Source: Promethearchaeota archaeon
GTDB taxonomy: Archaea; Asgardarchaeota; Thorarchaeia; Thorarchaeales; Thorarchaeaceae
DNA: 15,887 nt
NCBI GenBank assembly: GCA_027031765.1
Contig: JALVPN010000073.1
Coordinates: forward strand, 1-15,887
Direction: 5' to 3'
Within the stretch, counting starts at the first letter, position 1, and each line of letters starts with the position of its first letter. This document shows, piece by piece, positions 1-8,748 of the stretch. The translations under genes and the position numbers were made by a program. The notes under the pieces are model-generated. The model saw only the letters and a program-made list of their open reading frames with translations, had not been told where the DNA came from and made no database searches.

Positions 1-357
1 GAGTGTGGTCGGGAGTACGTGGGTGAGGCGGTCCACAGGAGAGTCGCAATGGGCGAGATACCACCGCGGTGTGACGACTGCAACGGGGTGCTCAAGTCGG
101 AGGCGGTCCTGTTTGGAGAACCGCTCCCGGAGCGGGCAATGTCGGAGGCAGTCAAGATGTGCTGCGAGACAGACCTGATGCTTGTCGTCGGCACCAGCCT
201 GCAGGTGTATCCCGCAGCATACCTACCTCAGCTCGCCAAGGACTCGGGCGCCCGCATAGTACTGGTCAACCTTGAGGGGCACAACCGTGACGGTGTCGCG
301 GACGTCGTGGTGAGGGGACGGGCGGCGCAGGTGTTGCCCCGGATAGTCGGTGTATAG
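1..357 (+). CDS. cobB: NAD-dependent protein deacylase (sirtuin, Sir2/CobB family), 5'-truncated
   Basis: Frame is open from base 1 (ECGREYVGE...). It has the second Zn-binding pair CDDC, the LKSEAVLFGE motif (canonical LRPxVVxFGE), GTSLQVYPAA and IVLVNLE, all typical of sirtuin C-terminal halves. Stop TAG at 355-357. Confidence 0.93.
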   Translation, partial: ECGREYVGEAVHRRVAMGEIPPRCDDCNGVLKSEAVLFGEPLPERAMSEAVKMCCETDLMLVVGTSLQVYPAAYLPQLAKDSGARIVLVNLEGHNRDGVADVVVRGRAAQVLPRIVGV

Positions 358-375
358 ACCGCGACCCCGGCAGGA

Positions 376-1416
376 GTGACGAGACGCGTTGCTGACGTGA
401 GCGAGATGGACGACAGCGTGACGAGGACGGCGTGGCGCGTGTCCAGCATGGGGCAGCTGGCAATCATGCTCGAGGCGAGCGCCCCAAAACCGGGAAACGT
501 CAACCGGGGGCACGCGTTCTCGGATACCGAGTACAGACACTTCCTTGCAAGCGCAGCACTTGTGGGACGCAGCTACTATGAGGCGGCAGTACGTGGGGTG
601 CTGCTGGCACGGGGGGGGCTCTCTCCAGGGGCTGTTCGGCTCGGGCGCCTGATACTGGAGTGTGCACAGGATGTCGCACGCGGTGCTCGTGGGAGGAACA
701 CTGTGATGGGCACCACGCTGCTCCACATCCCGCTGATAGTGGCTGCCGCGTCGTCGCTGGAGCAGACGGGCAGGTTTGTCCCACAGGTGGTGGAGCAGGG
801 ACTGCACGACATCATTGACGCCACGACCGTGGAGGACACCCTCGACCTCTACAGGGCGTTCCACGTCGTGAGACCCCGTGGCGACTCTGTGAACAGGTCT
901 GAGAGGTGGACTCCGGTGCACGACCGGTATGACATCAACAACCCACAAGTGTTCGACAACGTACGGGCTGACGGACTGACACTGATAGGACTGTTCCGCA
1001 TATCCGCACCGGTGGACAGCATTGCGAGAGAGTGGGCCTGCTATTTCTCAACAGTGCTCCACAGGGTCGTGCCGTACCTGGCGTCGCGGACGAGCGGCCT
1101 TGACGACATTGAAGAGGCAATAGTGAGGACCTTCGTCTGGCTGCTGGCCTGCAGGCCTGACGGGCTCATCGTAAAGAAGGCGGGGGAAGCGGCAGCCAAG
1201 CGCGTGATGGAGCTCGCCCGCACCATACACGAGGCACAGAAAAAGGACGGCGCAGAGGTGGCGGGACTACTGGCGGCCCTCGACCAAGAGTTGCGGAGGG
1301 ACGGCAACACGCTGAACCCTGGGACAACCGCCGACCTGATCTCAGCCGCCACACTCTGCGTCCTCGTCACCATGGAGTCTGACCTGGAATCCGACCAGGA
1401 TAGATGGACAACATGA
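376..1416 (+). CDS. citG: Archaeal-type triphosphoribosyl-dephospho-CoA synthase-like protein (CitG family)
   Basis: N-terminal LEASAPKPGNVNR, central NTVMGTTLLHIPL and C-terminal NPGTTADLISA match CitG-family motifs. Starts 18 bp after the sirtuin stop. The true start could be GTG376 or ATG406. Confidence 0.85.
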   Translation: MTRRVADVSEMDDSVTRTAWRVSSMGQLAIMLEASAPKPGNVNRGHAFSDTEYRHFLASAALVGRSYYEAAVRGVLLARGGLSPGAVRLGRLILECAQDVARGARGRNTVMGTTLLHIPLIVAAASSLEQTGRFVPQVVEQGLHDIIDATTVEDTLDLYRAFHVVRPRGDSVNRSERWTPVHDRYDINNPQVFDNVRADGLTLIGLFRISAPVDSIAREWACYFSTVLHRVVPYLASRTSGLDDIEEAIVRTFVWLLACRPDGLIVKKAGEAAAKRVMELARTIHEAQKKDGAEVAGLLAALDQELRRDGNTLNPGTTADLISAATLCVLVTMESDLESDQDRWTT

Positions 1417-1523
1417 CCACCCTGACCTGACGTGGGGTAGAGCTACGTCGTAGACCGAGCCCCGACCACACTGTGACACCGAACGAGACCTGTGCAGTCG
1501 TCACTGGATGGACTGACTGCTAC

Positions 1524-1796
1524 TCAGAGGAGAACCTGCCGGAAGATGTGCTCGAACTTCATCCGTAGCTCTTTTGCACGCTCCATGTCGACCATGTAGA
1601 GTGGTTGGCGCATGTCACGGAGGTTCGGTATCTTACGGCACAGCTTCTGACCCATCAGCTTGCGCAAGGCAAACGATACCGTTCGTGGCGCCAATGGGAC
1701 CTTCTCAGTGATGTCCTTGGGCGTCATCGGGCCCTCAGACACGAGCCGATCCAGGACGATAATTGCGCTCCTGGGGAGATCCAGCGTCATGTTCAT
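1524..1796 (-). CDS. Small winged helix-turn-helix DNA-binding protein (MarR/ArsR-like), ~90 aa
   Basis: LPRSAIIVLDRLVSEGPMTPKDITEKVPLAPRTVSFALRKL is a helix-turn-helix and IPNLRDMRQPLY is the wing. The ORF-track extension to 1934 is not protein-like and crosses the promoter region, so the start is placed at ATG1796 (or ATG1790). Confidence 0.85.
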   Translation of the reverse strand: MNMTLDLPRSAIIVLDRLVSEGPMTPKDITEKVPLAPRTVSFALRKLMGQKLCRKIPNLRDMRQPLYMVDMERAKELRMKFEHIFRQVLL

Positions 1797-1830
1797 GTTG
1801 GCCACCAACCCAGTCGTCCGGCCATACCTT

Positions 1831-1885
1831 TGGCATGTGGAGTATCCGCGATAGCAAATATAAGCGATAAGTTCACCGCATGCCA
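1831..1885. promoter_or_regulatory. Candidate divergent promoter: AT-rich TATA-like core with flanking direct and inverted repeats
   Basis: AAATATAAG at 1856-1864 is an AT-rich island in GC-rich DNA. GCGATA direct repeats at 1848-1853 and 1864-1869. TGGCATGTGG (1831-1840) and CCGCATGCCA (1876-1885) form a 9/10 inverted repeat. Confidence 0.4.
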
Positions 1886-1972
1886 CATCCGAGGAGTGTG
1901 GCGGCGGCACGATATGAATACCTGTGCGGACCACACAGGACGAGAGAACATGAGAGCAGGGAGAACAGACAC

Positions 1973-2989
1973 GTGACAGCAGACGTATTCGTGACGAGGG
2001 ACATCCCAGAGGCGGGTCTAGACATCATCAGGGAGCACTACAGTACTGATGTCTGGGAGGACGAGGGCCCACCATCGCAGGAAACAATCATGGAGCGTGC
2101 AGAAAGATGCATTGGCCTTGTCACACTGCTGTCTGACAGGATCACTGCACCTGTGATGGACGCCCTGCCCCGTCTCAGGGCCATTGCACAGTACGCCGTG
2201 GGCTACGACAACATTGACATTGAGGCGGCCACGAGACGTGGTATCATTGTGACCAACACGCCCGGCGTCCTCACAGAGACCACTGCAGACCTCACATGGG
2301 CACTGCTGATGGCAACAGCACGGAGAGTTGTCGAGGCCGACCGATACGTACGTACGGGTCAGTGGAAGGTCGCGTGGGGGCCAAAGATGCTCCTCGGCGT
2401 CGACGTGCATGGTGCTACGCTGGGCATCATCGGCATGGGACGCATTGGTGCTGCGGTGGCAAGACGTGCGACAGGGTTTGGCATGAAGGTCATCTATACG
2501 TCGCGTCACGAAACAAAGACCACACGGCAGGTGGAGGCCGAAACGGGGGCCGAACGGAGAGAGCTCCCGGAGCTCCTCAGTGAAGCGGACTTTGTGTCCA
2601 TCCATGTCCCCCTGACAGAGGAGACACGTGGCATGATAGGGGCGGACGAGATACGCAGGATGAAGGCAGGGGCAGTCCTTGTCAACACGTCGCGCGGCGC
2701 AGTGGTCGATGAACGTGCCTTAGTGGAAGCCCTAAAGACAGGCCATCTCCGTGCCGCCGGACTGGATGTCTTTGAGTCTGAGCCCTTGGGGCAGGACAGC
2801 CCACTGCTCTCCCTCCCCAACGTCGTGCTTACACCGCACGTCGGCAGTGCGAGCGTGGCGACACGCACGAAGATGGCCACACTGTGTGCAGAGAACCTCA
2901 TCGCCGCACTGAGTGGTCGCGTGCCACCCAATATTGTAAATCCCGAAGCAATGGACATCCACAGGAAGGTGAGTGATAGTGGACAGTAG
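1973..2989 (+). CDS. gyaR: Glyoxylate reductase / D-isomer-specific 2-hydroxyacid dehydrogenase
   Basis: VFVTRDIP start, AVGYDNID, TNTPGVLTETTADL, Rossmann GMGRIG, NTSRG, GLDVFESEP, PHVGSA. GTG1973 is preceded by GGGAG at 1959-1963. Confidence 0.92.
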   Translation: MTADVFVTRDIPEAGLDIIREHYSTDVWEDEGPPSQETIMERAERCIGLVTLLSDRITAPVMDALPRLRAIAQYAVGYDNIDIEAATRRGIIVTNTPGVLTETTADLTWALLMATARRVVEADRYVRTGQWKVAWGPKMLLGVDVHGATLGIIGMGRIGAAVARRATGFGMKVIYTSRHETKTTRQVEAETGAERRELPELLSEADFVSIHVPLTEETRGMIGADEIRRMKAGAVLVNTSRGAVVDERALVEALKTGHLRAAGLDVFESEPLGQDSPLLSLPNVVLTPHVGSASVATRTKMATLCAENLIAALSGRVPPNIVNPEAMDIHRKVSDSGQ

Positions 2990-3512
2990 CGAGTGTATTG
3001 AGAAAATCCAGACCCGCTGTTCGGTGCGGGCATTCAGGGACGGGCCTGTTCCAAGTGAAGACCTGCAGACAATCCTCCAGACTGGTACAAGGGCCCCCTC
3101 TGCTGGCAACAGGCAGCCGTGGCGCATCGTCGTCGTACACGACACTGCAACAAAGGGGCGGCTTGCAGAGGCCGCGCTCGGCCAGAAGTTTGTCGCAGAG
3201 GCCCCGGTGGTGCTGGTCGTGTGTGCAGTACCGGCAGAGTCAGCACGTCGGTACGGTGAGCGAGGGGCCTCACTGTATGTGCTCCAAGACACGGCAGCCC
3301 TGACTGAGAACATCCTGCTCGCAGCCCACATCCTGGGGCATGGGGCGTGCTGGGTCGGGGCATTTGATGACGATGCCGTGGCTAGGATCATCAAGGCACC
3401 AGAGGGGATACGCCCCGTAGCAATCATACCCCTTGGTAGACCAAAGGGTGAGGGGCCGGCCCTCAGGGACAGACGGCCCATGGCTGAGGTCGTGGTCGAG
3501 GAGTCCTTCTAG
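2979..3512 (+). CDS. Nitroreductase family (FMN-dependent oxidoreductase)
   Basis: TRCSVRAF (canonical RRSxRxF), APSAGNRQPW, GHGACWVGAF. GTG2979 follows GGTGA at 2968-2972 and overlaps the upstream stop by 11 bp, indicating an operon. Confidence 0.92.
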   Translation: MDSSECIEKIQTRCSVRAFRDGPVPSEDLQTILQTGTRAPSAGNRQPWRIVVVHDTATKGRLAEAALGQKFVAEAPVVLVVCAVPAESARRYGERGASLYVLQDTAALTENILLAAHILGHGACWVGAFDDDAVARIIKAPEGIRPVAIIPLGRPKGEGPALRDRRPMAEVVVEESF

Positions 3513-3875
3513 GTGGATGGTCCTGAACACCCATGCAGACTGTAAGAGAAGGGTGGATGCGAGTCACCAAGAGGACGGCCCTATGCCGGTTGTCTGAAAG
3601 TGCAGGTCATGAAATGCGGGTCATGGATGGGTGAGTGACCAGTGCCGGGGCTGTCCGCCGGGCGGGACGCAGGTCAGTGATGTGTGTTCCTAAGCCCCAG
3701 CTGTGTGTACGAGAGTAGTGCCATGTGGCATTGAGCACGTCCACTGGTGAGTACCGCTCTGCCGCAGCAACAGTCGAGAGTGCAGTGTGGATGTCGCACC
3801 CCTCGCAGTGAGAAGCAGGGACATGTTTCAACCCGACGATATGCGTGCCAAGAGGAACAGTCGAAACGAGGGGGG

Positions 3876-3906
3876 AAAAAAAGGGGTGTGGGGGGCAATA
3901 GCCCCC
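3876..3906 (-). terminator. Hairpin plus T-tract downstream of the large subtilase gene
   Basis: GGGGGC-aata-GCCCCC stem-loop at 3891-3906, followed on the minus strand by T7 (A-run 3876-3882) within a pyrimidine-rich stretch. The hairpin begins 15 bp after the stop codon. Confidence 0.55.
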
Positions 3907-3921
3907 GCTAGTGTGTCGCGT

Positions 3922-6900
3922 CTAGGACTTCTTCTTGACGGCGTAGAGGATCAGCACGACGAGGACACCGACACCAATGCCGCCGAACAGACCGATCAGC
4001 ACCGGACTAAGGGTAGCAACAGGGGTTGTCGACGTCGTGGTAGTGGGCGTAGTGGTGGTCGTAGTGGTGGTCGTGGTAGTGGTGGTCGTACTAGTGGTGG
4101 TCGTAGTGGTGGTCGTGGTAGTGGTGGTCGTACTAGTTGTCGTACTAGTTGTCGTACTAGTGGTTGGCTCCACGTACGTCCCTGCCGGGAACGGGCTAGA
4201 GTACCCAACACCCTTTAGGGCTGGCCAGCTGGTGAGCCCGAACTGGGTCGGATCAACTGAGGTGTCGTTGTCGTATGCACGGATTTGGATGATGTAGCCA
4301 TCCTTCTTCAGGAAGCCGGTGGAGTCCCAGATGTAGTAGGTCTGATGGAGGTTCTTGGCGAGCAGCTCATAGCTGAGGCCGCCGTCACGGGACAAGAGGA
4401 CCTCGTAGTAGTGGTCGTCTCCAGCGTTCCTATCCGTGACCGTCCAGTTGATCATCTTCACAGCCGGGTTGGTCATGTTCGTGACCGTGACCGACGTGAC
4501 CCTGGGAGCGAAGAGGTTGTTGAAGGTCAGTGAGGCGTAGTTGACCTCGAAGCCAATGTTGGTGTGGGTCTCAGCAACCACCTGGACCTGGAAGGTGCCG
4601 TTCTTCAGGAAGTTGTAGGTGTCGTACTGGACCTGAGCTGCGTCAGCCTCCCTGGTCGTACCACTACGAGTATCGACCGTGATGGTCCACTGGCCTTCAG
4701 AGCCGTCGTAGTCGAAGCACGCTATGGCAAGTGTGCCGCCGCGTTCGGCAACGAAGGAGCCCTGCTCAGGCTTCTTGCCAGTCGCCATCTGGTCACCGAG
4801 GAGGTTGTTGCCATATGTCCAGCCACTCCTGTCAGTGTCGTTCCACCAGGCCATGAAGTCACAGTCGCCGTTGGTGAAGGAAGCAAGGACACGCACGTTG
4901 TCGTCCTTCTTGACGCCCTCGACGTAGACCCAGCTGAACTGGGATACGTCAATGGGAGCACCCGAGAACGGGTTGTAGCTGGAGTCAGGTATTACCAGCG
5001 GGTTCGTGGCCGTGTAGTAGACACCTGACAGGAAGGACAGACTGATGTGCGTCACCTCGAACTCAGGCATGTTTGGCAGGTTGAAGGCCGGGTATGTCGC
5101 GTTGACGACCACATGGTCACCATTAGCAACGTCGCCGTCATTGAGCACGACTGGTGTCGTGACGTCGTTGGCCGTGTAGGTCAGGATCAGGTCCTGTGCA
5201 GTGAGTGCACTGTACCACATGACCTCGATCTTGTACTCGGCAGGCAGTGGGGCAGTCCCGTTCACTGCGAGCGGATGGAGGAACAAGTAGTAGTCACCAG
5301 CACCTGAAATCTCTGCAACCAGTGCAGTGGTCAGGGCGGTCTCGCCTACAGCGTGGGCAATCTCCAGACCCTGCATGTCGAGTACACTGACGTACATGTC
5401 GCACGCCGTGTTGTCCCAAATCACGCGCACACCGAGGTACGCAGCTGTGTCATGTGGCACATGGACCAGGTAGGTCCTGAAGTCCCAGTCGTCTGGGTCT
5501 TCATCCATGCAGCCGTAGACTGTGTTGTCGTATGGCGAGTGGTCATCGCCGTAGCCGTCAGCAATCGTGTTAACGGCACCATCAGCAGCGATGAGGTTGG
5601 CCACGACCATGTAGCTGTATGGCAGCTTGACCGTGTCAACACCGTTCTCGATTGTGACGTAGCCCATGTGGATGCCTGGGTCTTCGCCGGCAGGCACGTT
5701 GAGTGTCACGTTGGCCGTACCAGCCGAACCACCATCACCGACAGTTATCGGCGCGTTGGTGGGCTCCCAGAAGATCACAGTGCAGGTGAAGTTGTGACCT
5801 GTGGTGTTCCACCAAGTGACGCCAGAGTCGAAGAATGGGTCGTGGATGACCACAGTGACGTTGCCGTCAAGAGCCGAGAAGCCGGCATACGGCATCATGT
5901 TGGTGTTGCTCGGGGCGCTTGCACTGGTCAGCCTTGTGAGCTCATTGCCCTCGCCAGCAGTAGCATTCCAAAGGTTGGGCATGTTGTCGTCGGGGTTGTC
6001 GTCGGTCCAGTCGTAGAGGAACATCCACGGCTCGTGACCTGCAACATCAGATGCATCGAAGCCGACTGAAACCGTCATGTAGTTGTAGTTCGACATTGCA
6101 TTGTCGTAGTGGGTGGGACCAATCTCGTCACGCAGGTTGTACCAACCGTACATCTGCTCACCAGTGACGCTGTCGTTGTAGGAGAATGTCGTGTCTGTGA
6201 ATGTGTACCTCTCGGCCTCCACGAAGTAGACGGCACTACCAGACCACCCGGCACCCCAGGTCAGCGGGTTCGCATCGTTGGGGGCGCCCCACAGGTCGAC
6301 CGTGATGGTGACCGTGTCGCCTGGGTACACGTTCCCGAAGAACAGTGCACCGTCGACGTTGTCAGTCGGGAATGGGGTCGCAGTCTGGTTGACCTCCACA
6401 CCGAGCATTGAGGACGGCAGGATACCCCAGTATGCCCAAGCATCGCCAATGAACTGTGCAAAGTTGTTGAAGGAGTCAGTGTTCTTCGCAATCATGCCAG
6501 TGCCGTTGGCTGCCCAGTCACAGGCCTTGTTAGCATTGATGCGACCAAAGCCCTGAGTGGCCGGGTCATAGCCGAGGTCATCAGCAGTGGACTGGATGAT
6601 TGTCTTCACGGTGAATGGGTCGCTACTGCCAAGGGCCTCCATTACGAGCGCCACAACACCGGCTGCGACAGGACAGGCCTGACTGGTGCCGGCGAAGAGC
6701 GTGTAGTTGTCGGCCTTGATGCCCCAGATTGGTGCAAGGTAGGGCGCGTACCATGGTACAGCAGCATAGCCTGCAAGACCAGGTGCGAGGACATCAGGCT
6801 TCGGATAGCCTGAGAATGACGGGCCCTTGCTCGTGAAGGACGCAATGCCCTCAATGTCCTGGTCAGGACCGTAGAGGTAGTCGAGCCAGTGGCTGCTTGT

Positions 6901-8748
6901 AGACGCACCGACTGACAGCACACCAACAGCAGAGGCAGGTGGACCAATGGTCATGAAGCCGGAACCCTCGTTGCCTGCTGAGAAGAGGTGCAGGACACCT
7001 GGGTAGGACGCATCGAGGAAGTGAGGCGTCGACAGGATCTCCCACGTGAGTGAGAGGTAGTCGAACTGACTCGACGGCTCAGTGACCCAGCCCCAAGAGT
7101 TTGTCACGAGGTCTGCCTGGTGCTGACCGGTGTAGCCGAACTCGCGTGTTGTCTCATTGGTCATGTGGAACCCACAGACCCACAAGATGCTGGCATACTC
7201 GGACTCGCCCGATAGCACCCGTGCCGACATGATCTTGGCACCGGGAGCAACACCAAGCATCCTGAAGTGTGTCTTGTTGTCCTTGTTGTAGTACGTGTTA
7301 CCGTAGCCTGCAACGTGTGACGCGGTGGCTGTACCGTGTGTGCGGTCGTCCCAGTACAGACAGAAGGCATCACCGTCAGACCTGAAACCGTTGAAGAGTG
7401 GCTCGTCGTCGAACCAGCCGGCACCATCGTAACACCAGCTGAGAGCACCAAGACTGAAGTCATCGACGCCGTCGCCCGTGTAGTCGACAGTGACAATCGG
7501 GTTGGCCATCGAGAAGACCTCGTCATCGGTGAAGTCCCAGTCGAAGGTGTTGAGGATGTCATTGACGGTCGCCGGGTCGGTCAGGTTGACGGACTCGTAG
7601 TAGAAGCCGCCGGTCCAGAACTTGTTCCACGCCATGGTGTCTTCCCAGTTGACAATCAGCTTCCAGTTGTCGTCAGCCGTGTCATTGTACACCACAGCAG
7701 GAGCGAAAATCTTGGCGTATGGTGAGGACCTCTGCTGGAAGATCCAGTTGACCCTGTAGTCGCCCTGGACGTTTGCCGGGTCAGGCAGCTTCCAGTCGAC
7801 CTTGATGCGGTCGATAAGAAGGCTCACGTTGACATGCCAGTAGTAGGCGTAGAGCCAGATGAAGCCCACCCTATGCACGTATGGACGACTCGCGTTGCCG
7901 TCACCGTACAGGTAGCGCGGGCGGCCCATGTTGTTGAGCAGCGGGTCCCAGCCCGTGACGTTCAGGTACGTGCCAGTTGCGTTCTTGTAGGTCAGCAGGT
8001 TGCCCTGCATGAGCCACTCCGTGACGTTTGTGACAGTCGTGGAGTTAGCATGCACCAGGAACGTCAGGCCCTCGCCAGTACCGTCATAGGTGCCAGGGTC
8101 GAACGCATGCTGCAGGTCGGGGTTGCCGAAGTCACAGCCCGTGTCAATGTGACCAACAACAATACCGCTACCATTGTACTGACCAGAAACGGTCCCGTTG
8201 GCCTGGACAACATCGCGGATGACGTCCATGTCCACACCCTGACCGGGCACAGGAGTGGCCGTGTCGGGGCGGGCCTTCACGTCATCAGTCACGGGCGTCT
8301 TGTAGACGTCCGCATCGACAAGGCCAACGCCATTGATGGCAGCAAGCGCATTGAGGTCGTCGGGTGACGAAATGGTCACAGCGATGGTGGTCATGACCTT
8401 GAGGTTCACAGACCAGTCCACCTGGGCGACCTGACGGACTGCGTCGAGGTCTACCCACGGAGCTGCGACAACGAGCGCACTGACCCCGCCGTCACGTGTT
8501 GTGACGACCTGGTCGCTGAGCTCTCCCGTCTCAATCCACTCGGCCAGCAGCGGATCGATGTGGGCAGTAAATCCCGGTTGGGACATGTCCTGGTACCACT
8601 GTTCGATCTGCTCCTTAGCCTCGGGAGAGAGAGAAGGCGAGCTCGTTGGTTCTGCAGCGGTCGTTCTAGGAGTCACTGGCGCCATAAAGACTGGAAAGAC
8701 CAAGGCGCACACGAACAGCAGAACTGCCGCTTTCTTCGTTACGCTCAT
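3922..8748 (-). CDS. Large membrane-anchored S8 serine peptidase (pyrolysin/TPPII-like subtilase), 1608 aa
   Basis: Signal peptide MSVTKKAAVLLFVCALVFPVF, then a propeptide. Catalytic Asp202 (HIDTG), His471 (HGTATAS), oxyanion SAGNEG, KPDVLAPG, Ser689 (GTSQACP). C-terminal beta-sandwich/PPC-like domains, Thr stalk, transmembrane helix and KKKS tail. SD GAGGAG at 8760-8765. Confidence 0.95.
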   Translation of the reverse strand: MSVTKKAAVLLFVCALVFPVFMAPVTPRTTAAEPTSSPSLSPEAKEQIEQWYQDMSQPGFTAHIDPLLAEWIETGELSDQVVTTRDGGVSALVVAAPWVDLDAVRQVAQVDWSVNLKVMTTIAVTISSPDDLNALAAINGVGLVDADVYKTPVTDDVKARPDTATPVPGQGVDMDVIRDVVQANGTVSGQYNGSGIVVGHIDTGCDFGNPDLQHAFDPGTYDGTGEGLTFLVHANSTTVTNVTEWLMQGNLLTYKNATGTYLNVTGWDPLLNNMGRPRYLYGDGNASRPYVHRVGFIWLYAYYWHVNVSLLIDRIKVDWKLPDPANVQGDYRVNWIFQQRSSPYAKIFAPAVVYNDTADDNWKLIVNWEDTMAWNKFWTGGFYYESVNLTDPATVNDILNTFDWDFTDDEVFSMANPIVTVDYTGDGVDDFSLGALSWCYDGAGWFDDEPLFNGFRSDGDAFCLYWDDRTHGTATASHVAGYGNTYYNKDNKTHFRMLGVAPGAKIMSARVLSGESEYASILWVCGFHMTNETTREFGYTGQHQADLVTNSWGWVTEPSSQFDYLSLTWEILSTPHFLDASYPGVLHLFSAGNEGSGFMTIGPPASAVGVLSVGASTSSHWLDYLYGPDQDIEGIASFTSKGPSFSGYPKPDVLAPGLAGYAAVPWYAPYLAPIWGIKADNYTLFAGTSQACPVAAGVVALVMEALGSSDPFTVKTIIQSTADDLGYDPATQGFGRINANKACDWAANGTGMIAKNTDSFNNFAQFIGDAWAYWGILPSSMLGVEVNQTATPFPTDNVDGALFFGNVYPGDTVTITVDLWGAPNDANPLTWGAGWSGSAVYFVEAERYTFTDTTFSYNDSVTGEQMYGWYNLRDEIGPTHYDNAMSNYNYMTVSVGFDASDVAGHEPWMFLYDWTDDNPDDNMPNLWNATAGEGNELTRLTSASAPSNTNMMPYAGFSALDGNVTVVIHDPFFDSGVTWWNTTGHNFTCTVIFWEPTNAPITVGDGGSAGTANVTLNVPAGEDPGIHMGYVTIENGVDTVKLPYSYMVVANLIAADGAVNTIADGYGDDHSPYDNTVYGCMDEDPDDWDFRTYLVHVPHDTAAYLGVRVIWDNTACDMYVSVLDMQGLEIAHAVGETALTTALVAEISGAGDYYLFLHPLAVNGTAPLPAEYKIEVMWYSALTAQDLILTYTANDVTTPVVLNDGDVANGDHVVVNATYPAFNLPNMPEFEVTHISLSFLSGVYYTATNPLVIPDSSYNPFSGAPIDVSQFSWVYVEGVKKDDNVRVLASFTNGDCDFMAWWNDTDRSGWTYGNNLLGDQMATGKKPEQGSFVAERGGTLAIACFDYDGSEGQWTITVDTRSGTTREADAAQVQYDTYNFLKNGTFQVQVVAETHTNIGFEVNYASLTFNNLFAPRVTSVTVTNMTNPAVKMINWTVTDRNAGDDHYYEVLLSRDGGLSYELLAKNLHQTYYIWDSTGFLKKDGYIIQIRAYDNDTSVDPTQFGLTSWPALKGVGYSSPFPAGTYVEPTTSTTTSTTTSTTTTTTTTTTTTTSTTTTTTTTTTTTTTPTTTTSTTPVATLSPVLIGLFGGIGVGVLVVLILYAVKKKS
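4051..4158. repeat. Coding tandem repeats forming the poly-Thr stalk: perfect 42 bp x2 plus 12 bp x2
   Basis: AGTGGTGGTCGTAGTGGTGGTCGTGGTAGTGGTGGTCGTACT at 4051-4092 and 4093-4134; AGTTGTCGTACT at 4135-4146 and 4147-4158. Confidence 0.92.

Noticed and set aside
1880-1972. ORF-track N-terminal extension of glyoxylate reductase
   Set aside because: Family similarity starts at VFVTRDIP, and GTG1973 has its own SD.
3977-4297. Poly-Val ORF, and the Gly-Arg-Ser repeat ORF at 3787-4218
   Set aside because: Opposite-strand readings of the poly-Thr stalk repeat.
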